DNA of 64,000 nt from Gekko japonicus (Eukaryota), in the NCBI RefSeq assembly GCF_001447785.1, contig NW_015168654.1:1624031-1688030 (forward strand), given 5' to 3'. Positions 24,164-35,400 of this stretch are shown piece by piece (within the stretch, counting starts at the first letter, position 1; each line of letters begins with the position of its first letter). Position numbers and translations under genes: made by a program. The notes under the pieces are model-generated. The model was not told the origin of the DNA and did no database searches. It saw only the letters and a program-made list of their open reading frames with translations.

Positions 24164-24449
24164 TTTTGTTTGACAAAAAAAGGAGAGAGGCCCATTCTGC
24201 CCTGCTGCGCCGCCCCTGGCTTTCAGTCCCAGGCTGCCCCCTCACAGCTACGGGTGGCTCGTTCTTGTCCGAGGGCGCAGGGAAGAGGCTGTTGTCGTTC
24301 GCTGGGGCATGACGCTGGCGGTCTCTGCTCTGCCAAAAGGAAGGGAGGAGGGGTTGAGGGGGGCAGTTGTGCCAGCCAAATGGGAAGAGGGGAAGGGGCG
24401 CTGACAACCGACTGACCTGCTTGGGGGGGTGGCGGGGGGGTTGGAATCG

Positions 24450-25000
<551 letters not shown>

Positions 25001-25089
25001 GAACAGACGAAGCTGAAGGGTCAGAGGCAGACTGGGAGTGTGCCTCCCCCCCCCCCCCCCCCAAAAATCCCAAGTCTTTGCCTGTTGCT

Positions 25090-25302
25090 AAGGTTGCCAA
25101 CTCTGGGTTGGAAAATACCTGGAGTCTTTGGGGGTGGATCCGGGAGAGGGCGGGGTTTGGGGAAGGGCCTCAGCATGGTTACAATGCCATAAAGTCCACC
25201 CTTCAAAGCAGCCATTTTCTCCGGGGGAACTGATCTCTGTCAGCTGGGGATCAGTTGTAAAAGCGGGAGATCTCCAGGCTCCAACTGGAGGCTGGCAACC
25301 CT
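25090..25302. mobile_element. MITE with AGGGTTGCCA termini (copies ~33320-33513, 38953-39135, 40486-40706, 43086-43660)
   Basis: Terminal inverted repeats aggttgcca...tggcaaccct and a shared ~210-bp body. Confidence 0.7.
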
Positions 25303-25647
25303 TACCTGTTCAGTGGGTAGTAAGGCTTACTCCCTGGTACGGTAACACAGAATAGCAGACAACTGTTCCTCTCTGGATTTTTCACAAGGAAACTCAAATG
25401 ATGTAAATGGCATCCTTCAGCATTTTCTGTGTCATTTACTTTAAAAAAAAAATTTTTGGTAGATTCCAAAATACTGTTTGTGTATTGCTTCTGGGCCAGG
25501 GCTCCAGCTATGGGGATGCTTAGTCAGCAATATAAATGGTTGGTCAACCTAATATTAATCACCAGTGTGGTGTAGTGGTTAGATTGTTGGACCTGTGAGA
25601 GTAAGGTTTAAATCTCAGTCTGCCCTTGAGAAACCTGTTTCCTTTGC

Positions 25648-27065
25648 ATAAGAACATAAGAAGAGCCCTGCTGAATCAAACCAGTGGCCCATCTGGTCCA
25701 ACACCCTGGCTTACAGGATGGCCAGCCAGTTCCTCTGAAGGTCCGACACCAGGGCATAGAGGCCGAGGCCTTCCCCTGAGGTTGCCTCCTGGCTCTGGGA
25801 TTCAGAGGTTTAGTGTCTGTGAATGTGGAGGTTCCCCTCAGTCACCATGGCTAGTAGCCACTGACAGGCGTATGGTCCATGAATCTACCCAATCCCCTTT
25901 TAAAGCTGTCCATGCCTGTGGCCATTACTGCATCCTCTGTTAGCAAATTCCATGTTTTAATTACTTTCTGTGTAAAGAAGTATTTCTTTTTGTCCATCCT
26001 GAATCTACTGCTCATCAGTTTCAACTGATGCCCTCAAGTTCTAGTATTTTGGAAGGAGGAGAAAGAATTCCCTTCGTCAGTTGTCTCCAACTCATGCATA
26101 ATTATGTAAACCTCTATCATATTCCTTCTTAGTCATCTCTTTTCTAAACTGAAGTCACAGACTCTTCAGCCTTTCCTCATAGGGAAGGTGCTTCAATTTC
26201 CTAATCATCTTGGTAGCCCTCTTCTGCACTTTTCCCAGCTCTGCAGTGACCAGAACTGCACCATAGATCTATACAGGGGCATTATAATACCAGGAGTTTT
26301 ATTTTCAATCCCTTTCCTAATAATCCCTAACACAGAGTTTTCGTTTTCACCTCTGCAGCACACTGGGTTGACACTTCCTCTCGGTCTCAGCATATTCAGA
26401 TCTCATTAGCCTATATATGAAGCTGGGATTTTTGTTCCAGCTTGTATCACCTTATACTTACCAACATTGAGTTTCATATGTCATATTGTTGTCCACTCAC
26501 CCAATTTGTGCAGATCCCCCTGGAGCTCTTCACAGTCATCCTTGGTTTTCACCATTCTGAATAATTTTGTGTCATGCGCAAACTTGGCCACTACTCATAG
26601 CTAGTTCCAGATCATTTATGAACGAATTACATAGTCCGAGTCCCAGTACTGATACTTGGGGGACCCCACTGCTTCCTTTTTGTTTGGTGTAGTGGTTAAG
26701 TGCGCAGACTCTAATCTGGGAGAACCAGGTTTGATTCCCCACTCCTCCACTTGCACCTGGCTGGATGACCTTGGGCAAGCCATAGCTCTGGTAAGAGCTG
26801 TTCTTGGAAAAGAGCAGTTTCTGTCAAGAGCTCTCTCAGCCCCGCCTACCTCACAGGGTGTCTGTTGTGGGGAAAGGAAGGGAAAGGAGCTTGTAAGCCG
26901 CTCTGAGACACCTTTGGGTAGTGAAGGGCGGGGTATAAATCCAATCTCCTCTTCTTCTTCTTCTTCCTTCCATTGTGAGAACTGCCCATTTTTCCTATTC
27001 TTTGCTTCCTGTCATTTAACCAATTTTTAATCCGTAAGAGAATGTGTCCTTTTATTCCATGACTG
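25648..27065 (-). mobile_element. CR1 LINE 3' fragment interrupted by a SINE
   Basis: cataagaacataag 3' end; minus-strand RT remnants SSGVPQVSVLG...FINDLE and LGIIRKGIENKT...MPLYRSMV. Confidence 0.85.
26682..26966 (+). mobile_element. Squam3-like SINE inserted in a CR1 LINE
   Basis: Same family; CR1-like sequence resumes after it. Confidence 0.8.
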
Positions 27066-28354
27066 CAGAAAGGAACCGATTAAGAAAACTTCCAGATATA
27101 CAGTGACCAGGAAGTAATTAATAAAGAATTATGAATAATTGAAGCTGTTTTAAAACAGTAGAGCCAAGGAGGTTTTAAGGAGACCAGAGGAAGTGTCTTT
27201 GCAGCAAATCTAACTTTTTTAAATGGAAAGGGGTAAAAAAAGGAGTAATTAAAATTCCCCCTTCCCCAAGGAAAAAGATTCACTTAAGCACTGCAGGAGT
27301 GGAAGTAATAAAGCATTGAGAATCTGACACATTTAAAAAGTGTAATGGCAAAGGATTTAAACATGTAACCCTTGAACACTTCACGTGACCGGCCACCTGG
27401 CACTGCACTTGTGTTTAAGGGGGGAAAACGATCATTGCAACAGGTCTGAAAAACAGGGGGAAACAACAAATCGCTTTAATGTAGAGCATTGACTGTGATA
27501 TCATCTAAGTCCTTCATACAAACACTGAGAAGAAACCATGGCAATTTTAAATGGTTGTATAGAACCAGCTTTTTTCACGCGAGGCACCAATTGTCCACAT
27601 GCAGGGACTGACAGAAGCACAATTTCACCTTCACAAATTTACTGCCCCTTTAAAAAGATTCCTCCTGTTTTAATGCAATTTCTCAGCGTACTTAGCTACT
27701 TCCTAACTGGTCTTCCCTTCCTCTAGTTCAAGGGTCCCCAACACAGTGCCCGTGGGCACCCACCGACACCTTTTCTGGCACTCGCCAACAGTGGTCCCTC
27801 AAAGCCGAGTCAGTGTGAGCTACCTCACAGCCCCTGGCTCACACATTTCTGTCTTAGCTCAGGAAGGATGGCTCCACAGCAAACTAATTTATGCAGTGGC
27901 CAAATTGCTCACTCACAACTTTAATGCCAGTAGCTCACAAAGTAGCATTTTTGCTCACAGGACTCCACAGCTTTTAGGAAGTGGGCAGGGCCAGGTAGGG
28001 CCCAGCAGATTTTATAAATGTTCTTTGGCAGCACAAGGATCTGCACTGTGTGACTAAAGTCAAGCTGTGGCAGCCTTCTGTTGCAGCCATTTTGTTGTTG
28101 CAACCATGCAACCACCTTGCCCTGTCAGCATTCCAAATGTGCATGCAGGCTCAAAGAGTGCAGGGACTCCTGCTCTAGTAAGTTGGTGGTGGCTGAAGGG
28201 AGAAGTTTAGTTCCCACCCAGAAGCTTGGTTTCTGACGCCTAATTTAAACATGAAGCTGGTGAGGCAAAGCAGTTTTGTGCAGGCTTAAGCACCTTGTCC
28301 AAACTGTGCTGCAATGGGTGCAAAGCAGCTGTGCCTATTTAGTTAGCACACACT

Positions 28355-30324
28355 AGTACTCAGGAGCAAGTCAAACAGTTCGAGGCAGTGTCAATTCGAC
28401 TTAGGGGAAATGCGCCGAAACATTCTTGTGGCGATGGACAGTTCAGACCCCAGTGTCGACTACTGTCTCACAGGGCACGTTCTGGACCGTCATCATCACC
28501 TTGATCTTACCGCATATCGGTGGCTGCAGCACCAGGACGGGGATGCTGTTGGTCTCGGCCAGCAGAGCGGAGTGAGAGGTGGCACTCTTCATGGCAGACA
28601 GAGGCCTTCCTTGCAATGGGCAGTGTCCTGTGTCTCAACCATGGCGATGTGTTCTTGGGCAGGGCGGAACAGCAGGCGTGTGCGATGTGCCCCGATTTTC
28701 CACCGTTCCGACATGGTGCGTCCCAGAACCGGCATGATTTCCGCTAATGGGAGCTGCCACAGCCGGCGCAAGGAGCCCAGTAGGAGGGCTGAGCTCCGTC
28801 ATACTTCTGGTTGGCATCTTGGGTGTATAGTACTTCCTCCTCTTCGTCATCGGTGGAGGAGGGGTCCCCGAGGCTTCCCTGGTGAATGGCCTCGGTCTTG
28901 CAGGGAAGAGATGGACTCCACGTCTGGTAGACCCCTTTTGTCAAGTGTTCAGCTGCCTCGGTGGCAATGGCCTCCTCATAGGCTGCCTTAAAGTCCAAAT
29001 CTCGCTTCACAAAGAGCCGTCGCTGCAGTTTCTCATCTTGAAGGCTGCACACCAATCGATCGCAGAGAACCTCCTCTAAGTTGGAGAACTCACAATGGCA
29101 CGACACCTTCCAGAGGGTGGTCACAAAGGCAGTGATTGACTCTCCCTGGGCTTGGTCCTTTTTGTAAAAGGCGTGCCGGCAGGTGATTCTGAGTGGACGA
29201 GGCGTGAAATGGTCTCACAGCTTGGGTTTGTTTTTTTTATAAATTTATTTTCCAAGTTTTCACCTTTACATTCCATATATATAGTATAAGATAATTCATC
29301 AAACATTTATACATCTCCATAGATTGTTGGTTTCAAATTATAATATTTTCACTAGCGCTTTGTCCACACATTATACTCTTCTTTTATATTTTAGCCAGTC
29401 GTATATATACTTCCATCTTTTCCAAAATACATTCTCTGATTTGTTTTTCAATTCTAAGCTCAGTTTATCCAATTCTGCAATGTCTAAAATCTTATGTTTG
29501 AGTTCTTTTATCGATGGTATATGTTTTGATTTCCACCGTCTTGCTATCAATATTCTTGCTGCTGTTAATATATATATTATTATTACCTTGTGATTTTTTA
29601 TATTGTCCAGGATCATGTTTAATAAATATCTTTCAGGTTTCATAGGTAGATTTATTTTAAATACTTCTCGTATGATTTTGAGTATTTTTTTCCAATATTG
29701 TTATTCTGAGTGGACGAGGCGAGAAATGGTCTCGCAGCTTGGGTTTGATTGTGGTAAAGGGCACCTCATCGAGGTCTTGTGGTGCCACAAGGGCCCAGGC
29801 GGTCTCAAATGTGCCCAAAAAGGCTGAGGAATGTGGCCTTAACTCGCCTCGCTTCAGTGATTCCATTGGCGGTGAGATGGTACTGGAACCGGGAGATGTA
29901 CGGATCCCAGTCTTTGGCGGACACGTCAAATGGTTTGAAGTAGCCCTTGGCAGGCATGCTGAATGATTGAGCAGTCGGTGTGGTGATTCAGCCGGAACTC
30001 GTCCTAGTTCCCTTATCTGGATCTCATCCTCGTCTGCAGTACTATGTAATGGGTTCAAGAGGCCATTGTGATTTCAGCATAGCTCTTTATTTAGAAAAGT
30101 ACGTACATTTTGACACACAAGGCGAACAACCCCAGCCCAAAAACACACCATCAAAATACAAAAGCACCAATAGGAAAATAGACGCTTGGAACCCTTATTT
30201 GCATGGGCATCATTTAAGTTGATGTTACCTGATTGGCTGGTTTGGCAAGGGTGCCCAATCCAAATGTAGCTGCAAGGAGCCTCTCAAACAATGGGTGTTC
30301 ATTGGAAGCTCACAATACACAACA
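28355..30324 (-). mobile_element. Decayed Ty3/Gypsy LTR retrotransposon (5' LTR, gag, protease; pol missing)
   Basis: LTR TG...CA at 30045-30324 with AATAAA; PBS-like ctgcagacgagg; gag F..KDQAQGESITAFV...CEF...DRLV and CCHC knuckles; protease VPCETVVDTG near 28450-28510; stops and frameshifts. Confidence 0.85.
29231..29702 (-). mobile_element. 5'-truncated L1-clade LINE inserted in gag
   Basis: AT-rich; ORF2 C-terminus YWKKIL...TAARILIARRWKS...FWKRW; AATAAA and A8 tail; flanked by a 45-bp duplication. Confidence 0.88.
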
Positions 30325-30672
30325 CAAGGTACGAGCTTTCGCATGCACACTTCCTCAGATACATTGGAATGGAAGGAAACAGTTCATTGGTATATATAGA
30401 GGATGAACAGTAAATTAGCATACAGTATAATGACGATGTTTGGATTTAATTATGAGGAATGCAAACAAACTTAACTTGTTATAACTGTTTAGTTTTTGCG
30501 TGTTAGGACATCGTCATCATGCTGTATGCTAATTTACTGTTCACCTTCTCTATATATCAATGAACTGCTACCTTCCATTTCAGTGTATCTGAGGAATTGT
30601 GCATGCACATAAACGCTCATACCTTGAATAAAACTTTGTTGGTCTTAAAAGATGCCACTGGATGCAAACTTT
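30325..30672. mobile_element. Penelope-like terminal palindrome with hammerhead-ribozyme-like motifs
   Basis: ~115-bp inverted arms 30325-30439 and 30508-30626, followed by aataaaactttgttggtcttaaa...gccactgga. Confidence 0.7.
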
Positions 30673-33667
30673 GTTCTTACTCATGAGGCTTGTGTCTTGG
30701 CCTCTGATTTTCCTCTGATTGTCCAGTAGATGGCACCGGTGTGCTAAAAATGCCTCTGCCCTGCTGCAGCCACAGAAATCCCTCTGCCAAGGTGAGGGGG
30801 GGGGGGGGGGGGGGGGGGGGGTTTGCTGCAAAACCCAAAAACGATTCTGGTGACAACAGATTCATTGCAGTATTAATACACACACACACACAATTTCTGC
30901 CACAATCAATCTGTTAGTGTTCAAGATATCACAGGGCTTCCTTTTGAGGACTTTGGAGACAGTCTGTGAGCCTACGTATGGAATTGGGTCCAGCCCTGGG
31001 CCATCCTACTTCCACTGTGGTTTTTGCCGGTTCATTTTGAACCAACTGAAGTGGAATCACACAGTATATTCTCCGTAGTCAAGCTTAATATGACCATAAC
31101 AAGTTGCTTCACTGTATGGTGATCTTCTGATTCTGGGGAGCTTCCTTGAATAGATAAGACAGTGGCACAGACTATAACATGAAAATTGCAGGCTCAGATA
31201 GGTTCAGACCATGCAGGGAAGGAGAAGGGGGGGGAGCCAGTTTCGAATAACAAGCTCAAGGAGGCATTGAAGGGTTAAATTTCACCTCCCTCCCCTGCAT
31301 GGCCCTGAAACAAACGGAGGCTGCCCAAGCCTGCAGTTTGCATTTCATGGAGGAATGAGACCTGTGAACCCTGAGATCCTTTCTGTCTGAACCCTTGCAG
31401 GAGTACTGAGTTCAAGGTCTACTACTGTCCTAGACTTCATTGATCACGGAGGTCAGAAAACTCATGATCTTTCAGCCTCAGTTCTCCTCCTATGCAGTGG
31501 TGGAATCTGGAGGTGATGGTAAAGCCTCTGGTGCTGATTTGGCGAACTACTGGAATATCGACAGGCATTTCATTTGATGAGGGAATGAAGCTGCCAGCAA
31601 CACAGAATGCTTGTCAACAGCTCTGCTTGCGTGAAGGAAATGGCAAGTCCACTTGGCTGGGGAACCCTTGATTCTTGGCCAAGGGAAAGGAGGAGCTGTA
31701 TGGGCAAGGTAGACAAGATGATAAGTGGGAGGGGAAAGTTCCAAAAAGCTCTATCACTGGAGCCAATAGTGGGCTGCGAAACTGATTGGAGGCTCTCAAT
31801 ACTTCTGGTTCAAACAAGTTTATTCAGAGGTTAATGCTAACTTGAAAGCTGTAATGCTGATCAGGGAGTCGTATATTCTGTGGTTTTGAACCGTGGCCAC
31901 TCCGCTGTCTCTGGGCCATCTGGAAAAATAGCTGGCACTCTGAAATGCTGCTTCTGCCTTTATGAGAAATCCTGGATTCGAATCTCATCTGATGTGCCGA
32001 CTGAGCAAACATGGAGGAAGAGGGGAAAGAGCATCAACTGTCAACACTTGTTCAGCTGGCTAGGAAAAGCGGAACTCTTTAACAAAACTGGGTTAGCCTT
32101 TCCAGGTTGTTTTAGCTGCTAATGGGCTTGTTGGTGCCCCCCCCCAATCCCCTGCCATATCTCAGGAGACACTAGGAACTCAGAGTGCACTTGGGTCACA
32201 CACACGGCTGTGTGAAAAGCCAGCACCCTCCTTGCCTCTTGTGTTGCAGCTGCCGATTTGCAGAATGTTGTGGGGGGTGGCTCAGTTTTTAGCTTCAAAA
32301 GGTGGCCCTATTGGTTGGTCTGCAGGAGATGGGAATCCAGGAGCATTTTTAGAAACCAACAAGATTTTCAGGGCATACACATTCGAGAGTCAAAGCTCCC
32401 TTCATGAGACTGTTTTTGCTCACCGTGAAACAGAAGCCTAAGAGAAGTTCAGATCTGTACAGCTTCCTGTCACTTGAGTGTTACAGAAGACAGGAAGCCC
32501 TCCGAATGGTACTAATCCACTCTGCCAGTCAAGGGCTCTAAGCCTCCTCACCCCTCTGCCGCCAGTCTCCTTTCTGCAGGGAGGCATCCCGGAAATCTGT
32601 GAGTCACAATTCTTTGAAACCTCATCCCACCATCACAGCAACTGCTCTGCCACTGTGAGCAAACTTTTAACCTTCCCAACTGGAGACCGCCTCCCCCGAC
32701 TCTCTGGAAACACAACAGGGATGATGTGTGGTAGCCCAAAGAGATCAGACAGATCTTCCCAAAGTGATAGAGAGGCCGAAGCACCACCCAAGAAGGCTAC
32801 AAAGAAGGGCTCGCTGCAGATTGGAGCTCTGGCAACAGCTTTGATTCCACCGCATGAGAAAGCCAGTGGGCATTACACCAGTCCCAGGAGGCCGTTAATG
32901 GAGGCCCTCATCTCCAGGCCTAGGAGTGCAAAGGCAGAAATCAAGAACGGATGGAAGGCATCAGGCCTGAGAGCAAAGGGGCGGGGAGCTGATGCAGTGA
33001 CTCGTTGATCAGTGTCTCAAAGAGCCGGCCTTTAACTCAGGCTGTACAGGCCCCAGCCAATAAGGTTGGGAGACAATAAGGTTGCCATCACAACCTTCCC
33101 CTGAGTGTGCCCATGTGGGGCTGCCTTTGTGTCAGGGGCTGGGCCAGTTCTCTGGCCAACTGCTTGGGCCTGCAGCAGGGGCAGTGACTAGCTGCTGGGC
33201 CCGTGTCGCCACTATCCCGGTCCAATCCAAGCCCCAGGACTGGATGAGTGTAGCTTTCTTGGAGCAACAGAAATATCTTGAACTGATCCTAGACAGGCTT
33301 TGTAAGCAGCCAGCTGGGTATGGCTGCCAGTCCCCGGTTAGGAAACTCCTAGAGATTTGGGGGGCAGATGACACTGGGGCTTGAGGAGGGGAGGGAACTC
33401 AGAGGGATATACTGCCATACAGTCTACCCTGTGAAGCAGCCATTTTCTCTCCCATGTGGAGATCAGATGTAAGTCCAGGAGGTTTCCAGGCCACACCTGG
33501 AGATTGGTAACCTTACAGCTGGGAGATGCAGTTAAGTTCTTCTATCCCAGAGGATGGACTGATAGGGCGAAAGGTGCCAAGTTGGAGTGACCTCTTATCA
33601 CTCCATCCACCACCCAGGGCTCAGGCTGAGTGTCTCTGAAACTGAGGGACATCCTCGGCCTACTAGA

Positions 33668-34002
33668 CAGAGGTCATTTGGGGGGGGGGAACGCGGGGGA
33701 ACGCAGTTCCCCCGGGTGAGGTGCAGGGGAGCGGGGCACATGATGAAGCCCCGCCCCCTGCTTCCGGCCACCCCGCTTCCGGCCCTCATTCAGCCAGGAG
33801 GAGGCAGGAGAAGAGGGAGGGTAAGTTGCTTCCTCCCCGCCTCTCCCCACCCCTGCCTGCCTGCCTGGGGCCAGGGAGGGCCTTGGCGGGGCTTCCTCGC
33901 ACTCCCGCTGGCCTTGCAAGTCCACCGCCGGGCCCCTGATGTCAGGGGGTGTGGTATATGCTAATGAGTTCCCCTAGCTCTTTTTCTATGAAATGACCCC
34001 TG
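33668..34002. mobile_element. hAT-type non-autonomous DNA transposon, family B
   Basis: TIRs CAGAGGTCATTT/AAATGACCCCTG; perfect 8-bp TSD CTACTAGA. Confidence 0.88.
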
Positions 34003-35164
34003 CTACTAGATAACAAGACTACTTCTTCTGAATGAGCAAGAAAGAGTTTGGTGCCATCGCTGAGCCTCTTTGCACATCAAGGGGAAGCGAAAGCCCAGCT
34101 CTGCGGCTTTGATCATCTTGGAAGTGACCCACATTGGCCTGAATCCCACCCTAGCAGCTGGCGCTCAAATCCTTGGTACCAACCCAGGCCATGCCTTGGA
34201 ATAAAGTACAGCTCTCCTTTCCCTCTGCGGATTATGCAGCCTTGGCAGTGGTGACGGTGGAAATAATCTTTCATCTCATTTCAGATGCAGATACATATTC
34301 ATGGCTAGTTTATTTGGGTGTCGCACTAAATTATGGACCTCAGTGAAAAGGCTTGAGAGTATCTGTTGATATATTGCTTGAATGAATGATTTAAAAGAAC
34401 ATTTTCTACATTTTGATTTATGTTAAATACACTGGTTAAGATTATTCCAAACTAAGAGACATTTATTTATTTATTTATCCCATGTTATTACTGTTTTAAT
34501 AACTCCAATTCTATTAAATTTTCCAAGCAGATCTGATGAATTTAATATCGCCCTCCCCCTTTCATATTGTTCTGACAAAATCACCTCTAAGGTGGCCAAA
34601 TTTTGCCCCTCGGCAAGATCAACAAGGAAGCAGCTGGTCAAGTCGTCTTCTTAATAGTCTCTACTATTGAAATCAGCCTGCCAGGCTGCCTGGGAATTTT
34701 ATTGTTTGCAGATGTGCTGATAACTATGAGTGTCAATCGTGACTGATCTATGATTGTAACTGATTAATAAATAAAGATTATTTATTTTTTTGTTCAAAGT
34801 GGGTGAAGAAGGCACAAAGCCGTTTAGACCAGACCCGGAAATACATTTTCGCTCCCTGTTGTGACTCCAAATCCCACTCTCTCCCTACCCTGCTGGCCCT
34901 CTCCAAATTGGGACCTCCATTAAATTGCTATTTCCTTTATTAAAAACCTCTAGGAATATCCATTCATCGATTTTTCAGCATTTCCTCTGGCTTGACTGTA
35001 AGATTCAGGAAGCAGTGAATCCTCCTTGCTCTTTTGGCCACTGTTGGACCTCTCTCCACAAATCTGTGTTTTTCATAACCCATTTCAGCCAGTGGCCATC
35101 ATGTGACCTAGGGGGCAAGACAGCGGACTCTGAGTGCACCAATGAACTGAGGGATGAGGCCAAG

Positions 35165-35400
35165 GTACATCTTCTCCCATACTATCCAGCCCGCCAGTTG
35201 AGATCCACTTCTCAAGGCCTGCTCTCTGTGCCCCCACCACCTGCAGAGGCGAGGCGGGTTACAACTAAAGATAGGGCATTTTCAGTGGCGGCATCTTGCC
35301 TCTGGAACGCCCTCTCCTTTGAGGCTTGTCTGGTACATACCATACTGTCTTTTTGCTGCCAGCCAAAATGAATCTTTTCCCCAGGTTTTCAATTAGGGGG
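35165..35400 (+). mobile_element. L2 LINE 3' fragment
   Basis: Y.PARQLRS...LLSVP...RAFSVAASCLWNAL, typical of the L2 ORF2 end. Confidence 0.75.

Noticed and set aside
32478-33070. 176-aa ORF with an acceptor-like site
   Set aside because: No recognisable homology; context resembles a decayed retroelement 5' region
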